Counted from the first letter of the stretch, positions 18,803 to 26,623 are shown. The stretch: DNA of 32,000 nucleotides from Candidatus Saccharimonadota bacterium (GCA_017609205.1 JAFCEL010000001.1:420001-452000), one strand, 5' to 3'. Notes: a model not told the origin generated them from the letters alone. A program made the numbers and translations.

Positions 18803-18811
18803 TTTAAATAC
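18803..18811 (+). promoter_or_regulatory. Putative TATA box for the LigD-PE gene
   Basis: TTTAAATAC lies about 39 nt upstream of ATG 18846. Confidence 0.35.
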
Positions 18812-18845
18812 AAAAATTTTTAATACTTCCTTCGATTTTTTAATT

Positions 18846-19211
18846 ATGCCAATTTTTGTTGTTCATGAGCATCATGCACGAAGACTTCATTGGGATTTTC
18901 GTCTTGAACTCGACAAAGTTTTAAAGAGTTGGGCATTGCCTAAAATCCCTCCAAGGAAAAAAAAGATAAAGCGCCTTGCTGTTCAAGTTGAAAATCACCC
19001 TCTTGAATACGCAAAATTCGAAGGTGTTATTAAGGAAGGTTATGGGAAAGGCAGGGTTAAGATATGGGATTCTGGAAAATATGATTTGTTTTATCGCGGA
19101 AAAGACAAGCTTGAATTTGAACTTTTTGGGAAAAAACTCAGAGGCAAATTTGTTTTAATCAATGCAAAACTCGGTGGAAATAAAAATAACTGGTTATTTT
19201 TTAAGATTTGA
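18846..19211 (+). CDS. Stand-alone DNA ligase D-type 3'-phosphoesterase (PE) domain protein
   Basis: 121 aa. FVVHEHHARRLHWDFRLELDKVLKSWALPK...VENHPLEYAKFEGVIKEGYGKG..VKIWDSGKY contains the LigD-PE metal and catalytic pattern H-x5-H-x-D-x-R plus HPxxY. Confidence 0.85.
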   Translation: MPIFVVHEHHARRLHWDFRLELDKVLKSWALPKIPPRKKKIKRLAVQVENHPLEYAKFEGVIKEGYGKGRVKIWDSGKYDLFYRGKDKLEFELFGKKLRGKFVLINAKLGGNKNNWLFFKI

Positions 19212-19233
19212 TAACCTGTAATTTGCGTTATCC

Positions 19234-20034
19234 TTAGTCTATTTCTTCTACCCACCATTCCAATTCAGGGATTTCTTTATTGATTTCTTTTGCTTTGCAA
19301 TATCCTTTTGCTAGCAAATAAAAAATCAATCCCAGGCTTTTTTCACTTTTATTATTCCCAATTATCACACAATCAGCTCCTTTTGAAAAATTATTTGTGT
19401 CACATATCATTAGAACTTTTTTGTGAACTTTAAGGGTATCGTTTAGTGCATTTTTGTCAATCCAAGAGTCTGTTATAATTGTTAATTCATTCTCGAAGAA
19501 ATCAGGAAGTTGGATATTTGTTAGGATTCCTGCAGGGTATTTCTTCAAAAAGACCCGTATTCCTGTTAATTCTCCAAATTTCCTTGCTGCTTTCCATCCT
19601 GCTTGTCTTTTACAGACTAAGATGACATCTTCGGGATTAAATTTGGATAAGAATTCAATACCTTCTTTTAATTTTTCATCAATTAAGTTAGTGTTGAATA
19701 TTGCAAGTCCATCTGCTCTACGTCGGTAAACAAAAGGTCTCATGTCAGGTGTAACAACTTTTGTCCCAAGATAGATTCCTGCCTTGACATATTCATCAAG
19801 GGGAAGAAGCATGTCAGTTTTCTTTTTTGCTTTAACTTTTTCCTTTAATTCTTCTGTTTTTGTCTCCTCAACTTTTTCTTTTAATTTAGCAACCTTCTCT
19901 AAAATCTTTTTTTTCTTTTCTTCTATTTCTTTAATCTTTTTCTCATCAGTTGATTCTGACTCAGCTTCTTTACTCAGCTTTTCATCTATTTGCTCGTTTT
20001 TCTCTTCGGTAGTTTCTTTTTTCTTTTTTGGCAT
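19234..20034 (-). CDS. rps2: 30S ribosomal protein uS2 (the longest ORF carries a 74-aa Lys/Glu-rich N-terminal extension; alternative start Met75 at 19812)
   Basis: The core, LLPLDEYVKAGIYLGTKVVTPDMRPFVYRRRADGLAIFNTNLIDEKL...ITDSWIDKNALNDT, is archaeal S2. It sits in the conserved rpoK-eno-rps2 order. Confidence 0.9.
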   Translation of the reverse strand: MPKKKKETTEEKNEQIDEKLSKEAESESTDEKKIKEIEEKKKKILEKVAKLKEKVEETKTEELKEKVKAKKKTDMLLPLDEYVKAGIYLGTKVVTPDMRPFVYRRRADGLAIFNTNLIDEKLKEGIEFLSKFNPEDVILVCKRQAGWKAARKFGELTGIRVFLKKYPAGILTNIQLPDFFENELTIITDSWIDKNALNDTLKVHKKVLMICDTNNFSKGADCVIIGNNKSEKSLGLIFYLLAKGYCKAKEINKEIPELEWWVEEID

Positions 20035-20106
20035 AAGAATTTAGAGAGGAGTTGGTTTTTAAAATTTGTGATAAGAATCTTGAGCGACATAAAAAGGGTT
20101 TATTAA

Positions 20107-21294
20107 TCAATCCTTTGCAGAATGAGTGATTTCTTTTTCAATTTCAATTAATCTTTTTAGTTTTACTTCTCGTTCGAGTCCATCAATTCCACATTTGAAG
20201 AAATCAGCACCAAAACCGACGGCTAAATCAGCGAGAATGTTCTCTTTTGTTTCTCCGCTTCTGTGAGAGAAGATGATCTTAATTTTATTTTTTTTAGCCA
20301 ATTCACAAACATCCTTGACATTTAATAATGAGCCGCACTGGTTAGGTTTTACAATAACACCTTTAATGCTTTTTGTCTCGATTGCTTTTTTTAGTCTTTT
20401 TGTATCTGTTACAGTTAAATCATCTCCGACGATTAGTTTGTCTGGGAATCTTTTGAATAGTTTTGCAAAGCTTTCAAAATCTTCTTCTTCAAAAGGATCT
20501 TCAATATAGAATAAATCAAAGTTTTTTATCAAATTAGAAAGGTATTCTAATTGTTCTTCTTTTGTTCTTTTTAATGCTGGGTTCTTATAATGATATTTCT
20601 TTCTTTTATAAAAACTCGATGAAGCGATATCTGTTCCAATAGGGACTTTCTCTTTTTTTAATATCTCAAAAACCTCTTTTTCATTAAGACTTGTAATCCA
20701 TGCGTTTTCATCGTTCTTTTTCTCATTAAAATTTTTATCTGCTCTTTTTAATTCAATTATTAGGTCCTCTTTTATTTTTTTGTTTTTTTCAAAGGATTTT
20801 TTTACTGATTTTAGGTCTGGAATTAACAAGAACTCTTGGAAATCTGGTTTTTTTTCAGTCGAAGAATGTTTCCCCCCGCCTATACAGTTCCCAATCAACC
20901 TTGGGAGTTTCATTTTTCTAGGTTCTATAAAATTAATTATCTCCCAGATTTCTCTTTTTTGTTCTGCTGCAATAGCCTTTAGAATTGCGGATTCCAATGC
21001 AAAGAGGGTATTGGCACCTATATGTCCATCAACGATGTCTTCTATTCTTCTTAGGTCTTTAAAGTTTTCAATGATTTCCTCTGAAAAATAATCGGAGAAT
21101 TTTTGTAGTGTTTTTATGTCCTCTTCGAGATTTTTTTTATAGGGTTTTATTTCGTGTCTTCCAGTTGACTTTCCATTAGGAGCAGATGCAGAAAATTCTC
21201 CAACATTTGTTTTGATTGTAACATAGATTGTTTTTTCTTTGCGAGAATCCTTAATTGACTTGGTAGATACTTTATTTATTACCACCATAAACAA
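20107..21294 (-). CDS. eno: Enolase (short, divergent)
   Basis: 395 aa. The N-terminus reads SIKDSRKEKTIYVTI...ASAPNGKSTGRHE. Catalytic and metal positions are recognisable: QEFLLIP, NDENAW, GTDIASSSFY, YIEDPF, VGDDLTVT, VKPNQCGS, SHRSGET and FFKCG. Confidence 0.85.
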   Translation of the reverse strand: MFMVVINKVSTKSIKDSRKEKTIYVTIKTNVGEFSASAPNGKSTGRHEIKPYKKNLEEDIKTLQKFSDYFSEEIIENFKDLRRIEDIVDGHIGANTLFALESAILKAIAAEQKREIWEIINFIEPRKMKLPRLIGNCIGGGKHSSTEKKPDFQEFLLIPDLKSVKKSFEKNKKIKEDLIIELKRADKNFNEKKNDENAWITSLNEKEVFEILKKEKVPIGTDIASSSFYKRKKYHYKNPALKRTKEEQLEYLSNLIKNFDLFYIEDPFEEEDFESFAKLFKRFPDKLIVGDDLTVTDTKRLKKAIETKSIKGVIVKPNQCGSLLNVKDVCELAKKNKIKIIFSHRSGETKENILADLAVGFGADFFKCGIDGLEREVKLKRLIEIEKEITHSAKD

Positions 21295-21482
21295 AAAATG
21301 GAGAAGAGTTTAAAATGGTTTTGTTTGTGCGAGGATAGGTCGTTGGATTTGGTCAGATGATGAATTAAAATTATTGAAAGATGTTTTAGTGGAAAAAACA
21401 ATAGATGATATATAAAAAAGGGATCGAATCTTTTGGTTTTTATTATCTTAATAATGTCTAGAATTAAGGATAAACATTGGAC

Positions 21483-21857
21483 TCACTCTTCTATACTCTC
21501 TTCAGAATTTTCCTCTTCTCCTTCGTCTTCGGGGTTTGCAAGAGCCATAATTTCTCCTTCTCTTGCGATTTCCTCTTCTTCCTCAATTTCTTTCATTTCC
21601 TTTTCTTTATCACTTATTCTTTTCTCAATAGAGCGTTTTAGTTTATCTTCTTTCTTTTTTGGAAATGGTTTTTTAACAGAAATAGGAAGGACGTTTGAAT
21701 TAAATTCAATTTCTGCAATTTTTAATGCATCAAATTTTATTTTTTCTAAATCTTCATTTGAAATCTTAATTAGCAATGGAGCATTCATTGCAATTTGTAA
21801 CGCCCTTGCTCCGATAATTCTCGCTTGCTCATATCTTGTAAATTCTTGAGGATCCAT
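21483..21857 (-). CDS. rpoK: DNA-directed RNA polymerase subunit K (Rpo6/omega-like) with a roughly 60-aa charged C-terminal extension
   Basis: The N-terminus, FTRYEQARIIGARALQIAMNAPLLI, is the Rpo6 signature. The C-terminal half is K/E-rich and ends in an acidic run (PEDEGEEENSEESIEE). Confidence 0.88.
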   Translation of the reverse strand: MDPQEFTRYEQARIIGARALQIAMNAPLLIKISNEDLEKIKFDALKIAEIEFNSNVLPISVKKPFPKKKEDKLKRSIEKRISDKEKEMKEIEEEEEIAREGEIMALANPEDEGEEENSEESIEE

Positions 21858-21858
21858 T

Positions 21859-22074
21859 TTATCTAAGTGCGATCATCACTTCTATTTTTTTACTTGAAGG
21901 GTTGTGTTTAGCCAAGGATTTTAGAAGACCTTTGCAACAAATAATTTCGTCCTGTTTAATTATCCCATTGTCTCCTTGTTTAGAATATTCATATAATTGG
22001 TTCTCTATTGTAACATATTCTTTTCCGTCTTTCTTGTCTTTTACTTTTTTGATATACATGTGGTAGATTTCCAT
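21859..22074 (-). CDS. Hypothetical 71-aa protein in the slot normally held by rpoN; weak Rpo10/RpoN-like CC motif
   Basis: It has 1-nt gaps to both rrp42 (upstream) and rpoK (downstream). The segment EIICCKGLLKSLAKH resembles the RpoN/Rpb10 RYCCRRMLLTH at a similar distance from the N-terminus. The N-terminal CxxC zinc ligands are absent. Confidence 0.5.
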   Translation of the reverse strand: MEIYHMYIKKVKDKKDGKEYVTIENQLYEYSKQGDNGIIKQDEIICCKGLLKSLAKHNPSSKKIEVMIALR

Positions 22075-22075
22075 T

Positions 22076-22885
22076 TTATTCTAAAAATTTTTCAATCTTT
22101 TTAAATATATTTTTCCAGGATTTTTTGACAATTTCCAGAATTTTTTCCATCTCTTCAAAACTTAATGGAGCTGAATTGCCTTTTTGTATTGAAGATATAA
22201 TTCCGTCTGAAAAACCAATTGTAACTCTTGCTTCGCTTAAATCTTCTTCCTCTTGTGTTGGGTCAATTATTATGTTATCTCCAATTTTGTGAGCAGTAAT
22301 TGCAATAGGAATATTGTCTGATAGTGGAAGTTTTTTGTCTGTCAGCTCTCCAAAGACTATTTGCTCGTTTTTCTCATCATATTTTGGGAATCGTGCATTT
22401 TTAAGAGCGATAATTGCACCGATTCCTGCGGCGTCCATTAGATTGCCATCATTATTTATTGAGTAAATATCTATAAAGATTGTCCAAACTTTCTCCCCTT
22501 CTTTAATGCATAGTTTCTCAAAGTCAATAACCTTGCTTTCTCTTATTCCTCTGTCAATAACTCTGCTTAGTTCAATTGCTTCAAATCTTGGAGGACCAGG
22601 TTCAAATCTTGGAGAGCTAAGAGGGGTTAATTCTGCGGTTGTCATTAAGTTTCCTTTATTAGGAGAATCTGCGTAAGGTGTTCCAATTCCCATTTTAATG
22701 CCGACGATAACTTCTGTTTTTCCAATTCGAACCCTGCATGAACCTTCTGCTTTTTTAGATACTCCAACTTCTATTTCAATTTTTCTCAACTCATCAAGTT
22801 TTCTTCCATCGAATCTTTTACCCTGTGCTAAATATTGTTTTATTCTTTCTCCAGTTATTTCTGATGTTGTTTGAAACTTATCCAT
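22076..22885 (-). CDS. rrp42: Exosome complex component Rrp42 (RNase PH-like, non-catalytic)
   Basis: 269 aa. The start is R(F)DGRKLDELRKIEIEVGV... and the fold is RNase PH domain 1 plus 2. It overlaps rrp41 by 8 nt, in the canonical order. Confidence 0.9.
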   Translation of the reverse strand: MDKFQTTSEITGERIKQYLAQGKRFDGRKLDELRKIEIEVGVSKKAEGSCRVRIGKTEVIVGIKMGIGTPYADSPNKGNLMTTAELTPLSSPRFEPGPPRFEAIELSRVIDRGIRESKVIDFEKLCIKEGEKVWTIFIDIYSINNDGNLMDAAGIGAIIALKNARFPKYDEKNEQIVFGELTDKKLPLSDNIPIAITAHKIGDNIIIDPTQEEEDLSEARVTIGFSDGIISSIQKGNSAPLSFEEMEKILEIVKKSWKNIFKKIEKFLE

Positions 22886-23594
22886 TCTTTTTTACCTCCA
22901 GACTTTCTTTTAGGGCTTTTTTTTGAATTTCATAAATTTCTTTGCAAGCTTTTTTTGCCATTTTCATAACTTCCTTTAACTGGGTTGGTGTTATCTTACC
23001 ATCAAGTTGTATATGAGTAATCTTTCCGTCAGATATCATTGATATAGGGATATCTGTTGCACCTTCTCCTTCTTCAAAATCTTCTTCTGCTTTATTTAAA
23101 TCAACAACTAATGTTTTGTCAAGTTTTCCTAAGGCAACGCTTGAAACCATACCCTTCATTGGAATTCCTGCATGTGCAAGTGCCAAAGCAGCGGCATTAA
23201 TTCCAGCACATCTTGTTCCAGCATCTGCTTGAATTATCTGAATTGTAACATCAATAACCATATTTGGGAAATCTTTAATTAACAAGACTGGTTCGAGTGC
23301 CCACTCAATTATTTTGTCAATTTCCTGACTTCTTCTGTTTTTTCCAGGTCTTGCTCTGTCTGAGACAGAAAAGCTCATTAAGTTATAATTACATCTTAAT
23401 TGTCCTGTTGAAGGGTCTTGTTGGTGTTGAGGATGCATTTTTTTAGGTCCATGTACTGCGGCGATTGCGATTGTATCTCCTTGTTTCCACATTGCACTTC
23501 CGTCTGCACTTGGAATAACACCTACTTTAGCACTAATAGGACGCATTTCATCAAGTTTTCTTCCGTCTGGTCGTTTGAATTCTTTTGCAGCCAT
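22878..23594 (-). CDS. rrp41: Exosome complex exonuclease Rrp41 (RNase PH-like, catalytic)
   Basis: 238 aa. The RNase PH family blocks RPDGRKLDEMRPI, SAMWKQGDT, ADAGTRCAGINAAALALA are present. Confidence 0.92.
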   Translation of the reverse strand: MAAKEFKRPDGRKLDEMRPISAKVGVIPSADGSAMWKQGDTIAIAAVHGPKKMHPQHQQDPSTGQLRCNYNLMSFSVSDRARPGKNRRSQEIDKIIEWALEPVLLIKDFPNMVIDVTIQIIQADAGTRCAGINAAALALAHAGIPMKGMVSSVALGKLDKTLVVDLNKAEEDFEEGEGATDIPISMISDGKITHIQLDGKITPTQLKEVMKMAKKACKEIYEIQKKALKESLEVKKNG

Positions 23595-23630
23595 ATTATT
23601 CTCCTTCTGTTTTTGAAATTGTTTTTCTGT

Positions 23631-24314
23631 TCATTTTGTTTTTTCTTTGTTTTGTTCAAACCATTTTTCAACTTCTTCTGTTAATCCAGATAAATAGGAT
23701 CTCTCTGCAATAAATAATATTGCTTTTTTTGAGAATAGTTCATCATCAATAGTTTCTCCTTTAATCCAGATAAAACCGTTCTGGCCAACTGTTATGTTGC
23801 ATCTTGTTTTGTTTTTTATTAAATTTATCATACTTCCTTCTCTCCCAATAATTCTTGGGACTTTATGGGGATTTATTTTAACTATCAGTCCTTCGTCGAT
23901 TTTACCAAGTCCTCGTGATTTTAAACTCAAATCAATCCCTCTTTTATTTATGCTCCATATTTTAGCAACAACCATGTCTCCAATATCCATAAATTCGTCA
24001 AGTCCGTTTTTATTTACGTATCTTGGAACTTCTGTTAGGGATAAAAAGGCATTTTCAGGTGCATTTATATCAATAACCCATCCATTGAAAGTTATGTTCT
24101 CCACCTTACCAATAACTATGTTTCCTCTTCGGGGTTTATAAACACCTGATAATGGTATTACTTTTATAAGTTTATTGATTTCTTCTGCGAGCCCAAATCT
24201 AAGTGCAATAATTCCTTGGTCTGTTTTTTCTGTTCCTTCTCCAGGTAGGAAATCATCTCCTTTTGCAATTACTTCTCCAGGGATTACTACTTTTCTCTTA
24301 TTTTCTGTTGCCAT
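23631..24314 (-). CDS. rrp4: Exosome complex RNA-binding protein Rrp4 (N-terminal, S1 and KH domains)
   Basis: 227 aa. It has VIPGEVIAKGDDFLPGEGT, an S1-like segment (GNIVIGKVENITFNGWVIDI) and a KH segment (IIGREGSMINLIK). Confidence 0.9.
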   Translation of the reverse strand: MATENKRKVVIPGEVIAKGDDFLPGEGTEKTDQGIIALRFGLAEEINKLIKVIPLSGVYKPRRGNIVIGKVENITFNGWVIDINAPENAFLSLTEVPRYVNKNGLDEFMDIGDMVVAKIWSINKRGIDLSLKSRGLGKIDEGLIVKINPHKVPRIIGREGSMINLIKNKTRCNITVGQNGFIWIKGETIDDELFSKKAILFIAERSYLSGLTEEVEKWFEQNKEKTK

Positions 24315-24518
24315 TTAATTAAGAACCTCCCTGCAAAAATCTTCTGGGTTTAAAATTATACGATAAAGATTCTTTGGGTCTTTTGAAAGCAGATAATTCA
24401 TTGCTCTTATTACTTTTATGAGGTTTCTTCTAATAGGAGTCTCACTTTCTTCTATTAACCTTATTATAGTATTATTTAATTCTATTCTTTCATCCGCAAA
24501 TTCTTCTAAATACATCAT
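24315..24518 (-). CDS. Hypothetical 67-aa protein inserted between the SBDS and rrp4 genes
   Basis: Its start lies 1 nt after the SBDS stop and its stop codon abuts the rrp4 ATG. It looks helical (EEFADERIELNNTIIRLIEE...IKVIRAMNYLL). No family recognised. Confidence 0.55.
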   Translation of the reverse strand: MMYLEEFADERIELNNTIIRLIEESETPIRRNLIKVIRAMNYLLSKDPKNLYRIILNPEDFCREVLN

Positions 24519-24519
24519 T

Positions 24520-25191
24520 TTATTCTTTTATTTCTTCTGTTATAGCACTTCCATGCGTGATATTATTTAATTTATCGTAAAAGTCAATTATTATTCCAGA
24601 TGGAACGTTCACGATGATTTCTAAACTCCCATCGTCGAGCCAATTTTCGCTTTCCTTATATTGTGATAATATTCCATATGCTTTCCCTGTGTGTACAGCA
24701 GGGATGTTTATCTTAATCTTCTTTGTTTCTAGTTTTATTGGAATAACTTTGCTGACTTCAACAAGAATGTCTTTAATCTGGTTTTCTATTGCAACATTCT
24801 TAATATTAATATGTGCTTGCTCAAGAGCATTTTTAATTCTTTCGGGTGTTAGGGGATTACCTGTTTGAGGATCAACAGCATTTTTAGAGAGAAATTCTAC
24901 AATCTGTTTGAATTTTTTTTCCTGTTCTGAGTCGCGATATTCCTTTGTTAATTGCACTTCTCCTTCTTTTACAATCTTCTGGACGATTTCATTGATATCT
25001 GTTGTTCCAAATGCTTCTTTCAAATCATTTGTTGATGGAACCTGTCCTTTTTTAGAATCAGTGAAGACCTTATCCCCTTCTGCTTCAATAAAGTTAGTTT
25101 CTCCTTTTTTGAATTTCAATGCCTCATCTAAATCAACAATAATCTCAAAATGTTTGCCTGCTCTTTTAATCCTTGCAATCGTATTAACCAT
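24520..25191 (-). CDS. SBDS-family ribosome maturation protein (Sdo1 homolog)
   Basis: 223 aa. The FYSH-domain start is ARIKRAGKHFEIIVDLDEALKFKKGE...VFTDSKKG. It occupies the canonical position after psmA. Its ATG overlaps the psmA stop (TAATG). Confidence 0.88.
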   Translation of the reverse strand: MVNTIARIKRAGKHFEIIVDLDEALKFKKGETNFIEAEGDKVFTDSKKGQVPSTNDLKEAFGTTDINEIVQKIVKEGEVQLTKEYRDSEQEKKFKQIVEFLSKNAVDPQTGNPLTPERIKNALEQAHINIKNVAIENQIKDILVEVSKVIPIKLETKKIKINIPAVHTGKAYGILSQYKESENWLDDGSLEIIVNVPSGIIIDFYDKLNNITHGSAITEEIKE

Positions 25192-25910
25192 TATAATCCT
25201 TTAATCTCTTTTCCTTCTAGTCTTTTAATTTTCATTTCGTTTTTGTTAATATAAGCAAGTTCAAAGTTCTCAATGTTAAAATCTTTTTCTTTAATTTTTT
25301 CAAATATCTCGAGAGCAATTTTAACACCTTGTTTTATTGTTAAGTCTTTTTTGTATTTTTCTCTTAATATCTCTTTTATTCTTTCATCATCCTCTCCTAT
25401 TGCATTTGCATAATAGGATTGGTAATTTCCTGTTACATCGCTTACATATATTGAAGGTTTTCTGTTGTTAATTCCTGCAAGCATCATTGACACTCCAAAA
25501 GGTCTTGCACCCCCGTATTGTGTAAATTGTTGTTTAATGTTGGAGATTTCTTTTATTATCAGTTCAGGTTCTATTGGAGAGTCATATGTGATTTTATTTT
25601 GTTGGGCAACGATTTGTGCTCTTTCAATTAGGACTCTTGCATCAGCTACAATTCCTGCAACACTTGCAATAAGATGTGAGTCAATTTCAGAGATTCTTGA
25701 TGAAGATTCTTTTATTATTAATTTATCTCTTATTCTTTTGTCAGCAATAATAAAGACTCCATCAACACATATCATCCCAATACTTGTTGTTCCAAGCCTG
25801 ACAGTTTTTTCAGCATATTCTACTTGTAATAAATGCCCTTCTGGCGAGAACATAGTTGCTGTTCTATCATAACCCATTGCTTGATGCTGTATTTCTGTAG
25901 ATATATCCAT
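25191..25910 (-). CDS. psmA: Proteasome subunit alpha
   Basis: 239 aa. YDRTATMFSPEGHLLQVEYA is the alpha-subunit signature and the rest is an Ntn-hydrolase fold. Confidence 0.95.
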   Translation of the reverse strand: MDISTEIQHQAMGYDRTATMFSPEGHLLQVEYAEKTVRLGTTSIGMICVDGVFIIADKRIRDKLIIKESSSRISEIDSHLIASVAGIVADARVLIERAQIVAQQNKITYDSPIEPELIIKEISNIKQQFTQYGGARPFGVSMMLAGINNRKPSIYVSDVTGNYQSYYANAIGEDDERIKEILREKYKKDLTIKQGVKIALEIFEKIKEKDFNIENFELAYINKNEMKIKRLEGKEIKGL

Positions 25911-26009
25911 TATATTTAGAGAAATTGATAATATTTAATTTTTTTCTCTACTTGATTCAGGACTTAGAATAGGGGTTGATTTAAAAGTTTTTTGGTTACT
26001 GTTAATTGT

Positions 26010-26288
26010 CTATTTCTCTTTATTTCTTAATCCCTTTAAAGTCCCACTTACTTTTATAACCTCTATTTTTTCAGGCCAAGTACATAATGATGCTCGGATA
26101 GAATCAACCATTTCGCGATTAACACAAATGATAGCAGAATTTGCGCTTGATTTTATCCAGCTCAAACCACATTTTGACATCCCAAGAACACCTATAAAAT
26201 CAAGAATTGCTCTTTCTATTTCTTTGGTTTTACCTTTTATTAAGAGATATCTTTTTTTCTCACGGGCAGAAGGTTTGAGTGGTTTCAT
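26010..26288 (-). CDS. rnp2: RNase P protein component 2 (Pop5 homolog)
   Basis: 92 aa. KPSAREKKRYLLIKG...AIICVNREMVDSIRASL matches the Pop5/Rnp2 pattern (RxKxRYxxF/I...). It is the conventional first gene of the exosome/proteasome superoperon. Confidence 0.8.
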   Translation of the reverse strand: MKPLKPSAREKKRYLLIKGKTKEIERAILDFIGVLGMSKCGLSWIKSSANSAIICVNREMVDSIRASLCTWPEKIEVIKVSGTLKGLRNKEK

Positions 26289-26309
26289 ACGATAAAATAT
26301 ATTTTGAAG

Positions 26310-26329
26310 AATATAAATGTTTTTAATAA
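26310..26329. promoter_or_regulatory. Back-to-back divergent TATA elements in a 59-bp intergenic region
   Basis: The minus strand has TTTATATT (26317-26310) about 25 nt from the pop5 ATG. The plus strand has TTTTAATAA (26321-26329) about 23 nt from ATG 26348. Both spacings imply leaderless mRNAs. Confidence 0.4.
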
Positions 26330-26347
26330 GTTTTTGTTGGGAATGGA

Positions 26348-26623
26348 ATGGAAAAATTAAATGAGAGAAGATTGAAGGATTCTGTTAATGAGCTTTCTTC
26401 CTTTTGTTTGGAATGTTATCAGAATGGAAGAGGGTCACATCTTTCTTTTGAAGATTCATTGAGGATTATCGAGCTTTTTAGAGATGCCTATATCTCTTCG
26501 GGGAATTCTAGCACTCCATCTGCAGAAGATATACAGCGAGCTTATTTTGCTCACACTCGTGGATGCAGATTCAGGGAAACTATGCATGAAATCTTAACAG
26601 GCAAACCTCATCCTTTTTTCTAA
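26348..26623 (+). CDS. Hypothetical 91-aa protein (CxxC ... HxxxC)
   Basis: The ORF has promoter-like spacing. Its composition (few Lys; Ser/Arg/Phe-rich) is unlike that of neighbouring proteins. FCLECY and HTRGC could be metal ligands. No family recognised. Confidence 0.5.
   Translation: MEKLNERRLKDSVNELSSFCLECYQNGRGSHLSFEDSLRIIELFRDAYISSGNSSTPSAEDIQRAYFAHTRGCRFRETMHEILTGKPHPFF

Noticed and set aside
21295-21482. A possible C/D-box sRNA in the 188-nt rpoK-eno spacer (AUGAUGA at about 21355-21361 on the plus strand; CAUCAUCUGA on the minus strand).
   Set aside because: No properly spaced D' / C' / D boxes (CUGA about 12 nt after the guide) or terminal stem could be found on either strand. 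The region more likely holds the eno promoter (the minus strand has TTTTTTATATATC at about 21400-21416).
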